64,000 bases of DNA from Desulfobacterales bacterium (lineage in GTDB: Bacteria > Desulfobacterota > Desulfobacteria > Desulfobacterales > UBA5852), in the NCBI GenBank assembly GCA_963674755.2, contig CAXXVS010000003.1:1056001-1120000 (forward strand), written 5' to 3'. The position numbers were made by a program, and so were the translations under genes. Positions 40,650 to 49,585 of the stretch are shown here, piece by piece. Below the pieces are notes generated by a model. It was not told where the DNA came from, searched no databases, and saw only the letters and a program-made list of their open reading frames with translations. The number at the start of each line of letters is the position of its first letter. Position 1 is the first letter of the stretch.

Positions 40650-42242
40650 ATGATGATGCCCATTACCGGAAATAATTTTATCGGATTCTCGAGATCGGCA
40701 ATCGAAAAGAACTATTTAAGGGCCGTTGATCCATTAACCGGCCAAAATCTTCCAGAAAAATTTGTGAGCGCGAGCTCCGAAGAAATCGAGCTGGGCATGC
40801 ATCTCGCGACAAAGGCCTCTATCACCTACCGCAAGATGGATGGTGCTGCCAAAGCGACCTTCCTGGATGCCATCGCTGATGAGATTCTCGCTCTGGGTGA
40901 TGAATTGGTTGACCGCGCGGTTCTCGAAACAGCGCTGCCACCTGCGCGGATCATGGGGGAACGCGGGCGTACGGTCGGCCAGCTAAGGCTATTTGCTAAT
41001 CTGATCAGGGAGGGCTCCTGGTGCGAACCGGTGATCGAATATGCCGACCCGGATCGGCAGCCGCTCCCCAAACCGGATATTCGACGCATGCTGATGGCCA
41101 TGGGGCCTGTTGTCGTATTCGCGGCATCCAACTTTCCCCTGGCGTTTTCGACAGCCGGCGGCGATACCGCATCCGCGCTGGCCGGCGGTAATCCCGTCAT
41201 TGTGAAAGCCCATAGCAGCCACATGGGCACGAGTGAGCTGGTCGCCTCCGCGATTATCGCGGCTGCTCGTAAGGCCGGTATGCCGGAAGGCGTTTTCTCG
41301 ATGGTTTTTGGAGACGGTCAAACCGTGGGGCAGCACTTGATCCAGCATCCATCCGTGAAAGCGGCCGCCTTTACCGGATCGCAATCCGCGGGCCGCCTCC
41401 TGTTCGACCTGGCAACCCGTCGTCCCAATCCCATTCCTTTCTTTGCCGAGATGGGCTCGCTTAATCCTGTTTTGCTTTGCTCGGATGCGCTGAGGAAAAG
41501 AGGTGTAGAGATTGCGCGCGATTTTGCCGCTTCGGTGACATTGGGATGCGGCCAGTTTTGCACCAAGCCAGGGTTGTTTTTTGCGCAAGATAGCCCAGAG
41601 TTGAATGCGTTTATCCGCGATTTCGCTGCATCCATGGAAAAGACGCGGCCTGTGACCATGCTGAATCCTAAAATTCATAGGCAGTTCACCGCTGGCCGAA
41701 ATCAGGCCTTGGAACAACCCGGCGTCCAAGCCCTGGCGTATTCGGAGGCCGCGGCGGATCTGACCGCGCACGAAGGCCAGCCGACGCTGTTCGTCATTTC
41801 GGCAGAGGATTTTATGGATAACCCGACGCTGCGCCATGAAATTTTCGGGCCCTATGCCCTGGTCGTCCGTTGCCCGAACAAGACTCAGATGGCGGCGGCT
41901 CTAGAAGCGCTGGAAGGTCAATTGACAGCCACCGTGATCGCCGAAAACGAGGAAATGGAAGATATGCAGATGATCATCGACCTGATGATCGAAAAAGCAG
42001 GCCGCGTGATCCATAACGGCGTTCCCACCGGGGTGGAGGTGTGTTCCGCCATGCAACATGGGGGACCGTATCCAGCGGCAACCGATGCGCGCTTTACTTC
42101 GGTAGGGTCCGCCGCCATCAAAAGGTTCGCGCGGCCTGTGAGCTTTCAGGACTGGCCCCAGGCCCTATTGCCGGACGAGCTCAAGAATGGGAACCCCTTA
42201 AAGGTTTGGCGCTTGGTCAATAACGAAATGACGAACGCCTAG
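40650..42242 (+). CDS. Alpha-ketoglutarate semialdehyde dehydrogenase (NADP+ ALDH)
   Basis: ERGRTVGQLRLFA, FAASNFPLAFSTAGGDTASALA, EMGSLNP, GQFCTKPG and MQHGGPYPA. Confidence 0.9.
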   Translation: MMMPITGNNFIGFSRSAIEKNYLRAVDPLTGQNLPEKFVSASSEEIELGMHLATKASITYRKMDGAAKATFLDAIADEILALGDELVDRAVLETALPPARIMGERGRTVGQLRLFANLIREGSWCEPVIEYADPDRQPLPKPDIRRMLMAMGPVVVFAASNFPLAFSTAGGDTASALAGGNPVIVKAHSSHMGTSELVASAIIAAARKAGMPEGVFSMVFGDGQTVGQHLIQHPSVKAAAFTGSQSAGRLLFDLATRRPNPIPFFAEMGSLNPVLLCSDALRKRGVEIARDFAASVTLGCGQFCTKPGLFFAQDSPELNAFIRDFAASMEKTRPVTMLNPKIHRQFTAGRNQALEQPGVQALAYSEAAADLTAHEGQPTLFVISAEDFMDNPTLRHEIFGPYALVVRCPNKTQMAAALEALEGQLTATVIAENEEMEDMQMIIDLMIEKAGRVIHNGVPTGVEVCSAMQHGGPYPAATDARFTSVGSAAIKRFARPVSFQDWPQALLPDELKNGNPLKVWRLVNNEMTNA

Positions 42243-42396
42243 TGCCGTGCTGCAAAATCCGCCGATGGCCGTCGCTTATGGCTACAATATCGGAGTAGCG
42301 GAAAGGGAGGGGTTTGGAACCGTCCCCTGCTGATCAAAGGGTTAATGCCGCACAAAAGGGACCGGTTGCCTCAGACGCGGCATGTGATTTACTCTC

Positions 42397-43233
42397 TCAG
42401 GGAATCGCGGGTGGAATTGGCGCGTTAGGGTGGGCGCTCCTTTTTCGGTGCGGGCGGTATTGGGCGATCTGCCGCGAAATCGCCACCAGGGTGTTGTTTT
42501 CATCCCAGATCTCTCCATCCTCCTCCAAGAGACCGCAGGTGATAAAGCGGGTGCGGAAGATGCATTTCAGCGACTTGGAGGCCGGCAGATTGCGAATGTT
42601 GATGGAGCACTCTATCGTCGGCACCCACGCCGCCATTCCCTGGGAAGTGAATACCGCCGGCGGGAACGCATCCGCGGCTAACAGGATCGAAGGCACGTCG
42701 AAGGCCCGGTCATCTTTGAATCTGATCCAGCCCCTGATTTCAGAGTGGTCGGAAAGTTTGCCCTCGAACCACCCGGTACAAGCCGGATCCAGGCGGATGT
42801 CCATCCTTCCGAATAGGGTATATTCGGGCATCTCCGGAACGGCTATGCATTCCTCTATACGTCTAATGTCCGGAGCCGTTGTCCGATAGCTTTCGAGAAG
42901 GCACTCACTTTTTTCATCGGTAAAGGTGCCGAAGGCGCGAATCTTTTCTTCTCCATTCTGTTCCAGACGGGCTTCCAGTCGGTCGAATTGGCGCGACAGG
43001 GACATTCGTTCCACCGATACGATGGCGTCGCCCGGGTGGCATCGCTTCAGGAAGTTGGCGGTGACGATGGGGGTGGTTCCCATTTGGCTGGACTGCAGCA
43101 AGGCGTTTGTTATCAAGGCCATCAGGTAGCCGCCGTTGGGGACGCCGTTGATGGACCAGTTAGGTGCAATGGAACCCGTGTAGCAATGGGTGTCCGCCGA
43201 TTCAACGGCGATATCCTGATCGAATTGATGCAT
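42397..43233 (-). CDS. Acyl-CoA thioesterase family (double hotdog)
   Basis: WSING.PNGGY, ADAFPP, WVPTIE and EEDGEIWD...SRQ. Confidence 0.88.
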   Translation of the reverse strand: MHQFDQDIAVESADTHCYTGSIAPNWSINGVPNGGYLMALITNALLQSSQMGTTPIVTANFLKRCHPGDAIVSVERMSLSRQFDRLEARLEQNGEEKIRAFGTFTDEKSECLLESYRTTAPDIRRIEECIAVPEMPEYTLFGRMDIRLDPACTGWFEGKLSDHSEIRGWIRFKDDRAFDVPSILLAADAFPPAVFTSQGMAAWVPTIECSINIRNLPASKSLKCIFRTRFITCGLLEEDGEIWDENNTLVAISRQIAQYRPHRKRSAHPNAPIPPAIP

Positions 43234-43302
43234 GAGACCCTTTCAGAGCTAAAGCACACGCCATTTTTGACCCTTTTATCGCGTCACGGCCTTTAACATG
43301 GC

Positions 43303-44412
43303 TTAAGAACGTGATTTTTCATTTTCCTCCACCACACACAAAATCCCCTGGCCTTTCATGGCCGGACCGAAGCAGAGATTGTCGGACTTGCATTTGGCCG
43401 GGGCGGTGTCGCCGGACTGCCAGCGTTTAATCAAATTCGGCTCGCGGATAAAGGGCCGGCACATGGCGATATAGTCCGCCGTTCCACCGGCGATGGTTTG
43501 CCGGGCGACATTCAGTGAGCGCATGCCGCCCACCAGGATTAAAGGCAAATCCATGGCCCTTTTATAGGCGGCCGCAGCCGCCTTGAAATAGGCTTCTTTG
43601 TCCTCCTGGTTGATGCCGGCGCGGCTGGGGGACAGTTTGCCGGAAATCAAGGTGCCCCCGGAGAGCTCGATGGCATCAAGCCCGGCATCGGCCAGCAGCT
43701 TGGCGGCCGCAACGGAATCCTCAACCGTCAGACCGTTTGCAAGGCAGTCTTCACTGTTGATTTTGATCAATACAGGGTAGTCCTTGCCGACAATTTCCCT
43801 GATGGCCTTCAAAATTTCCAAATGAACCCTGGCCCGGTTCTCTACCGAACCACCGTATTCGTCATCCCGCCGATTGTAGGCCGGCGACAGAAACTGGCTG
43901 AGCAGATAGCCGTGGGCCGAATGCATTTGAACCCCGTCAAAACCGGACTTCTTGGCGCGCCCCGCGGCATCGGCAAATGCCTGAACCAGCTTGTGGATAT
44001 CGTCTTTGGTCAGTTCATGGCGGGGGGAATCGGATAGCCCTTTAAAATCGGAAACCACGTGCGGGGCCTGGCCGGTAAGGGCCTTAGCGGCAAAATGACC
44101 GGCATGGGCCAGTTGGGCCACAATTTTCCCGCCGGCCTGGTGAACCGCATCGCACATCGATGTCAACCCCTCCACCAGTTCGTCCTTATGGATTCCCAAT
44201 TGCCAGGGGCCGGCCTGGCCTTCGGGACTGACGTAGGCATGGCCGGTGATGATCAGTCCAACCCCGCCTTCGGCCAGCGCCACAAGGGTTTGCGTCAATT
44301 TAGGGGTAACCGCACCATCATCGGTGGCCATGCCTTCCCAGGTGGCCGATCGCACAAACCGGTTGGCCAACCGCATACCGTTTATTTCTGTGGGTTCAAA
44401 CAGGTTGCTCAT
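43303..44412 (-). CDS. NADH:flavin oxidoreductase (old yellow enzyme family)
   Basis: NRFVRSATWE, QLAHAG, HSAHGYLLSQFLSP..NRRDDEYGGS.ENR and CRPFIREP. Confidence 0.93.
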   Translation of the reverse strand: MSNLFEPTEINGMRLANRFVRSATWEGMATDDGAVTPKLTQTLVALAEGGVGLIITGHAYVSPEGQAGPWQLGIHKDELVEGLTSMCDAVHQAGGKIVAQLAHAGHFAAKALTGQAPHVVSDFKGLSDSPRHELTKDDIHKLVQAFADAAGRAKKSGFDGVQMHSAHGYLLSQFLSPAYNRRDDEYGGSVENRARVHLEILKAIREIVGKDYPVLIKINSEDCLANGLTVEDSVAAAKLLADAGLDAIELSGGTLISGKLSPSRAGINQEDKEAYFKAAAAAYKRAMDLPLILVGGMRSLNVARQTIAGGTADYIAMCRPFIREPNLIKRWQSGDTAPAKCKSDNLCFGPAMKGQGILCVVEENEKSRS

Positions 44413-44679
44413 TTTTCGTTCCTATCGGTTCAGGTTTGAAAACCCCTCGGCAGCATCTGTCGAGGAGCCATAAGGGAAAGACCAGTGGCGTCATGCGTGT
44501 GTCATTAAACATCTGCCACACATCAGATCCGAAGTCCCGTCTGTTCAGGCGCAATTGTCGGATTCAGTTTAGCAACGGGCCATTTCCACGAAAAGAGGCA
44601 TATATGACATAAAACAGGCTAAAACGGTCATTTGGGAAAGATTGCTCATGCACCACATGACACTGCTTGTCCAACTGCA

Positions 44680-44823
44680 CGTTTTGCGGTTCGCGCACGT
44701 TGCCGGGCCAGTCATAGCCCTGGAGCTGTTTACGGTTGGCCGCCGAGAGCCGTGGCAGGTTGCGATTCTCTCTTTTTTGGATCAGTCCCAAAAAGTGCTC
44801 GGCCAGCAGGGGGATATCGCCTT
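44680..44823 (-). pseudogene. Fragment of a second sigma54 activator, paralogous to 49586-51214
   Basis: [48 protein letters not shown], colinear with ~49885-50029. Confidence 0.85.
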
Positions 44824-45032
44824 AAAACAGCGAAATTCCGTGATTTTACCACAAGATTTCGTTTTCATCGAATTTTCGTTGTTTTCGCCCTATCCCAAAT
44901 ACGCATGCAAGTCGTGTAATAACAAGCGCTTAAACCCTTATGGCGCTATTGGCATGCTCCTTGTAAAGCCAATGATCAACCGCAACGCAACAAAGCGCGG
45001 ACCAGTTACAAACCGCAAGTACTTCACTTAAA
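44815..45032 (+). repeat. 218-bp direct repeat, copy 1 (sigma54 enhancer-promoter module)
   Basis: Ungapped match to 55751-55968, about 13 substitutions by hand count. Confidence 0.92.
44830..44965 (+). promoter_or_regulatory. Sigma54 promoter with three upstream activator sites and an IHF-like site
   Basis: GCGAAATTCCGT, ACAAGATTTCGT and TCGAATTTTCGT at 44830, 44851 and 44868; TAACAAGCGCTTA; TGGCATGCTCCTTGT at 44950. Confidence 0.8.
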
Positions 45033-45080
45033 CCCAAGGACGACCGACCGATCACGTCGGACAAACACAAGGAGGATGTC

Positions 45081-45446
45081 ATGAAAAAACTCACAACGAT
45101 GGTCATTATCTTCGTCAGTCTGGGTCTTATAACCACAGCGGTCGCGGCAGAGAAGTCCAAAACCATTCGGGTCACGGAAAGGCCGGGCTATTTTGAAACC
45201 CAGGGGGATGTTTTCGACATTTCACCGGGTAAATACAAATTCGTGGTGAAGAATCTGTCGGGCAAGGATGCGGGGTTCGTTTTCAACAGCGGGCAGAACA
45301 ACGTCACCACGGATAGCTCGAGCATGAAAGTGATTCTGCTCAAAAACGGTGAAGAAGGCAGTTTCACGGTCAATCTGTCCAAGGGTAACTATACGTACTT
45401 CTGCCCCATCATTCCCACACCGCCTTACCCGTTGCGAGTGAAATGA
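45081..45446 (+). CDS. Secreted cupredoxin-like protein
   Basis: Signal peptide ending AVA-A; F.VKN, FTVNL..GNYTYFCP..PTP.Y.LRVK; AGGAGG RBS. Confidence 0.7.
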   Translation: MKKLTTMVIIFVSLGLITTAVAAEKSKTIRVTERPGYFETQGDVFDISPGKYKFVVKNLSGKDAGFVFNSGQNNVTTDSSSMKVILLKNGEEGSFTVNLSKGNYTYFCPIIPTPPYPLRVK

Positions 45447-45561
45447 AATTGTCTACAGGGCCGGCCCGGTGCTCTGCCGCGCCGGCCCGTGACCTTGCCG
45501 AGGGCCAAAGATACCCCCTTACGATTTACTAGCCTTGAAGTGTAACCTCAGGAGAAAGACT

Positions 45562-45627
45562 ATGGAAAACAGACCCCCCTTCCCGCCGTTCACCAAAGAA
45601 ACGGCCACACAGAAGGAGAAACACAAA
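45562..45627 (+). pseudogene. N-terminal remnant of a DUF1348 (NTF2/SnoaL-like) gene, in frame with the next CDS
   Basis: AGGAG RBS then MENRPPFPPFTKETATQK, matching the RPPLPPFTxETAxQK start recalled for DUF1348. Confidence 0.6.
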
Positions 45628-46353
45628 ATGGATTCTGACAACAAAAAGCAAAAGATGATTAAAAAAATAGTCATCGTGGCGTTGATTGGCCTGGGCGTCG
45701 TGGCCTTCCGGTACTTCGAGCTGGGGCAATACCTGACCCTCGACTATATCAAGGCTTCCCAGGAGAAGTTTCAGGCGCTCTATCTCTCCAACCGTTTTCT
45801 TGTCATTGCCGTGTATATGGCCGTCTACATTGCGGTCACGGCGTTGTCACTGCCCGGCGCCACGGTTCTCACGCTGGCGGGCGGCGGACTGTTCGGACTG
45901 GCGGTCGGAACCGTGGTGGTCTCCTTCGCCAGCACCATCGGAGCCACTTTGGCTTGTCTGGTCTCCAGATTTTTGCTGCGCGAATGGGTCCAGAACAAAT
46001 TCGGCGACAAGCTCGCAGCGATCAACGCAGGCATCGCGAAGGAGGGTGCCTTTTATCTGTTTTCCCTTCGTCTGGTACCGGTTTTTCCCTTCTTCGTCAT
46101 CAATCTGCTGATAGGACTCACGCGGATGCCCCTGCGGACGTTCTTCTGGGTATCCCAAATCGGCATGCTGGCCGGGACGGTCGTTTATGTCAATGCCGGC
46201 AAGGAACTGGCCAAGATCGATTCTTTGTCTGGAATCCTGTCCCCGGGTGTGCTGATCTCTTTCGCGGTCCTCGGTCTTTTCCCGATCACCGTCAAGAAGC
46301 TGTTGGCGTTTTACCAGAAAAGGTTCAGGACGCTGGAAGCTAGCGAGGCATAA
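45628..46353 (+). CDS. TVP38/TMEM64 (DedA/SNARE-associated) membrane protein
   Basis: TALSLPGA.VLTLAGG.LFG, ASTIGA and LRLVPVFPFFVIN. Confidence 0.92.
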   Translation: MDSDNKKQKMIKKIVIVALIGLGVVAFRYFELGQYLTLDYIKASQEKFQALYLSNRFLVIAVYMAVYIAVTALSLPGATVLTLAGGGLFGLAVGTVVVSFASTIGATLACLVSRFLLREWVQNKFGDKLAAINAGIAKEGAFYLFSLRLVPVFPFFVINLLIGLTRMPLRTFFWVSQIGMLAGTVVYVNAGKELAKIDSLSGILSPGVLISFAVLGLFPITVKKLLAFYQKRFRTLEASEA

Positions 46354-46389
46354 CCGGCGGGTTTGCAAACACCTGAAAAGGAGACAGCG

Positions 46390-48378
46390 ATGAAAACAGA
46401 AAAAGACGACGAATTAAAAGCGAGTTTCGACAGTGAACGCCTCGCAAGCCTCACCCAACGGATTCAACGGGTATTCGACATCCGGGACCGCACCTATGGT
46501 TTCCCGTCAAAGACATACCCGAAGTGTTTCGTCGGCAGTGAAGCGGTCGTCCAACTCGTAAAGGAAGGGATTGCCATCGACGCGGAAGACGCCGTGCACA
46601 TCGGCAATATGCTGCTGGATGCCGGGGTGTTTCATCATGTACTGGACGAGCATGCGTTCAAAAACGAGAAATTGTTTTACCGCTTCATCGCGGATGAAGA
46701 CCATGGCAGTGTGGCACGCAAACCCGATGGCAGCACGGTTAGCTGGGCCGATTTCATCGCACCGCTGACCAATCCGGAAGACCGGCCGATGACCCTCCAG
46801 CCAGATATTCCCGAACGGGACCCGGAGTTGGCTTCCTTTGAGCAGGTCGATCTGGAAGCCTGCGGCGTGTCGCCGCTCGATGAGCACAATACCCGCATGC
46901 TGGATCTGCTGCATCCCAAGGTGTGGGTGGACCCGCAACCTAAATCCTCGTACAACCTGGTGGTAGTCGGTGCCGGGGCCGGCGGTCTGGTTTCCGCGGC
47001 CGGTGCGGCCGGTGTCGGGGCGCGGGTCGCGCTGATCGAGTCGCACCTGCTGGGGGGAGACTGCCTGACCGTGGGCTGCGTGCCGTCCAAAGTCCTGCTG
47101 CGCTGCGCCAAGGCGGCAGCCACCGTGCGCAACGCGTCCGAATTCGGCGTAAAGGTCGGCGGCCAGGTCTCGGTGGACTTTGGTTATGTCATGGAACGGC
47201 TGCGCCGGCTGCGGGCAGACATCTCGCCGGTGGACTCGGCCCAGCGTTACAGCGCGACGCTCGGTGTGGATGTGTTTTTGGGCAAGGGCCGCTTTACCGG
47301 CCGGAACACGATCGAAGTCAACGGACAGACCCTCAAATTTACCAAAGCGGTGGTGGCCACGGGCGGCACGGCAGCCGTTCCCCCGATTCCGGGCCTGAAG
47401 CAGGCCCCCTACCTCACCAATGCTTCGGTTTTCAACCTGACCGAACTGCCGGAACGCATGGGCGTCATCGGCGCCGGTCCCATCGGCATCGAAATGGCCC
47501 AGGCATTCCAACGTCTGGGCTCCCAGGTGACGGTTTTATCGCGCGACAGCAAAATCCTGCCCAGGGAGGACCCGGACGCCGCCAGGATCGTGGAGACCGC
47601 CTTAGAAAAGGATGGGGTGACCTTTGCCTATCACCTCACGTTCAAGAGGGTAGAGAGCAGGGGCGGAAAACCGCCGGTGACCGTCGTGGTGGAAGACCCC
47701 CATGGAGAACGGTCGCTGGTGTTCGATGCGCTTCTGATCGCCACCGGCCGCAAGCCGAACGTCACCGGCCTCAAGCTGGAAGCGGCCGGCATCGACTACG
47801 ACGAGCGCATGGGCGTTACGGTCAGCGACCGGATGCAGACGACCAACCCGGATGTTTTTGCCGTGGGCGATGTGGCCAGCCAATACCAGTTCACCCACAT
47901 GTCGGACTTCGGGGCGCGCCTGGTGATCCGCAACGCCCTTTTTTACGGCCGTGACAAGTTCTCCGATCTGCTCATTCCCTGGGCCACCTACACGGATCCC
48001 GAAGTCGCCCATGTCGGTCTTTATGAGAAAGACTTGGAAGAACGCGGGATCGAATACGCTACCATCGGCCGGGCATTCGACGATGTGGACCGCGCCATCG
48101 TGGATGGGGAGACCGAAGGGTTCGTGAAAATTCACGTCAAAAAGGGCAAGGACCGGATTCTGGGGGCGACGATTGTCGGCAGTCACGCCGGTGATATGAT
48201 CAGCGAAATTACGGTGGCGATGCAAGCCGGGATGGGGCTCGGCAAATTGGCAAGTGTCATTCACCCCTACCCGACAGCGGCCGAGGCGATTCGACAATGC
48301 GGCGATGCTTACAACCGGTCGCGTCTGACCCCCACCGTAAAAACGATATTCAACCGCCTGATGGCCATGAGACGCTGA
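46390..48378 (+). CDS. DEP domain fused to a class-I pyridine nucleotide-disulfide oxidoreductase (MerA/RclA-like)
   Basis: DEP-like DRTY..KTYPKCFVGSEAV...G..LL..G..HHV..EH.FKNE.LFYRF; GAGAGG, GGDCLTVGCVPSK, GAGPIG and HPYPT; no C-terminal CC pair. Confidence 0.88.
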   Translation: MKTEKDDELKASFDSERLASLTQRIQRVFDIRDRTYGFPSKTYPKCFVGSEAVVQLVKEGIAIDAEDAVHIGNMLLDAGVFHHVLDEHAFKNEKLFYRFIADEDHGSVARKPDGSTVSWADFIAPLTNPEDRPMTLQPDIPERDPELASFEQVDLEACGVSPLDEHNTRMLDLLHPKVWVDPQPKSSYNLVVVGAGAGGLVSAAGAAGVGARVALIESHLLGGDCLTVGCVPSKVLLRCAKAAATVRNASEFGVKVGGQVSVDFGYVMERLRRLRADISPVDSAQRYSATLGVDVFLGKGRFTGRNTIEVNGQTLKFTKAVVATGGTAAVPPIPGLKQAPYLTNASVFNLTELPERMGVIGAGPIGIEMAQAFQRLGSQVTVLSRDSKILPREDPDAARIVETALEKDGVTFAYHLTFKRVESRGGKPPVTVVVEDPHGERSLVFDALLIATGRKPNVTGLKLEAAGIDYDERMGVTVSDRMQTTNPDVFAVGDVASQYQFTHMSDFGARLVIRNALFYGRDKFSDLLIPWATYTDPEVAHVGLYEKDLEERGIEYATIGRAFDDVDRAIVDGETEGFVKIHVKKGKDRILGATIVGSHAGDMISEITVAMQAGMGLGKLASVIHPYPTAAEAIRQCGDAYNRSRLTPTVKTIFNRLMAMRR

Positions 48379-48499
48379 TACACTCGAATATATGGTCATG
48401 ACATATCTCAAATAAACTTGGGATCCGACCATATTTCGGTTTTCATCTTAAATGAACCGATGGCTTCGCATTGATGTCGAAATAAAAAGGAGAAAAACG

Positions 48500-48720
48500 A
48501 TGAATATCAAAAAAGATACGCGCCCCGCTATGGAGGTTATTGCGCCTGGGCCGTCGCCCAAGGATCAACCGCGAGCGTTGATCCCCAAAAAGCTTGGCGT
48601 ATCGTAGACGGCAAGTTGTATCTCAACTACAGCGTCAAAATACAAAAACAGTGGGAAGAAGACATCTCGGGCAACATCCAAAAAGCCGACGCCAATTGGC
48701 CGGAGGTCCTGAATCAAGGC
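48500..48720 (+). pseudogene. Internally deleted YHS-domain (seleno)protein-family gene
   Basis: RBS and ATG at 48500 are out of frame with RYAPRYGGYCAWAVAQG...DP..AWRIVDGKLYLNYS...NIQKADANWP starting at 48514. Confidence 0.75.
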
Positions 48721-48863
48721 TTTCTTTGCGAACCGGATAGAGGCCGATCGTTGCCCCGAATGCCGGAGCAGAGGCGCGCTCGCTATAAGAGACTTGGGCA
48801 CGCAATGGAAAGGCGGGCTGATATTAACCCGTTTAAATACCGATTGGACTGGGGAGGGCAAAT

Positions 48864-49271
48864 ATGAAACAGGTTGATCTCACCGAAGAAGAATGGCGAC
48901 AGCGTTTGGACCCGGATCAGTTTCGTATCCTGCGCGACGAAGGTACCGAGCGCCCTTTTACCAGCCCTCTGCATGCCCAAAAGGGAAAAGGCGTATATAA
49001 ATGTGCCGGCTGCGGCACACCGCTTTTTACCTCGGAGATGAAGTATGACAGCGGCACCGGCTGGCCCAGCTTTTTCGAAACATTGCCCGGAATTTTTGAG
49101 ACCAAAACAGATAAGAAGCTGTTTCGCGCGCGCACCGAATATCACTGCGCGGTCTGCGGCGGTCATCATGGCCATGTTTTTAACGATGGACCGCTCCCAA
49201 CCGGTAAGCGGTATTGCAACAATGGCGCGGCTCTTCTTTTTGAGCCTGAGGAACAAGGATTCTTCCAATGA
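48864..49271 (+). CDS. msrB: Peptide-methionine (R)-S-oxide reductase
   Basis: GTERPF, CAGC, KYDSGTGWPSF, GHVF.DGP.PTG.RYC.N. Confidence 0.95.
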   Translation: MKQVDLTEEEWRQRLDPDQFRILRDEGTERPFTSPLHAQKGKGVYKCAGCGTPLFTSEMKYDSGTGWPSFFETLPGIFETKTDKKLFRARTEYHCAVCGGHHGHVFNDGPLPTGKRYCNNGAALLFEPEEQGFFQ

Positions 49272-49585
49272 CCAGCAAACGCATCCTGTGGGTCGTCCTT
49301 TCAGCTGCAGCTTTTCTTATGGCGTGTGCGCCAACGGCCCGCCCCCCGGATCTAGGGCGACTCTATGACAATTTGGCGCAAACTGAAGACCCGGCGTTCT
49401 CGGATAATATCCTTTATTTTCTATTGGAACAGCCCATGATGTAGTTGACTTCAACACCCATAACCGAGGCGTTATCATGATCGTCTCGGTTGAGATAGTG
49501 CGAAAAGCTGAATTACTCAAAAATCAAACACTCTGGTGCATTGCTGAATTTGTGTCTGTTTGCATCACTTATGCGTTTTAGGGCG

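Noticed and set aside
46390..48378. True mercuric reductase (merA) and a mer operon
   Set aside because: No C-terminal CC pair, no HMA domain, and no merR/T/P nearby
49317..49560. Possible gene remnant between msrB and the activator
   Set aside because: Only a short beta-strand-like frame (FSHYLNRDDHDNASVMGVEVNYIMG); no family can be supported
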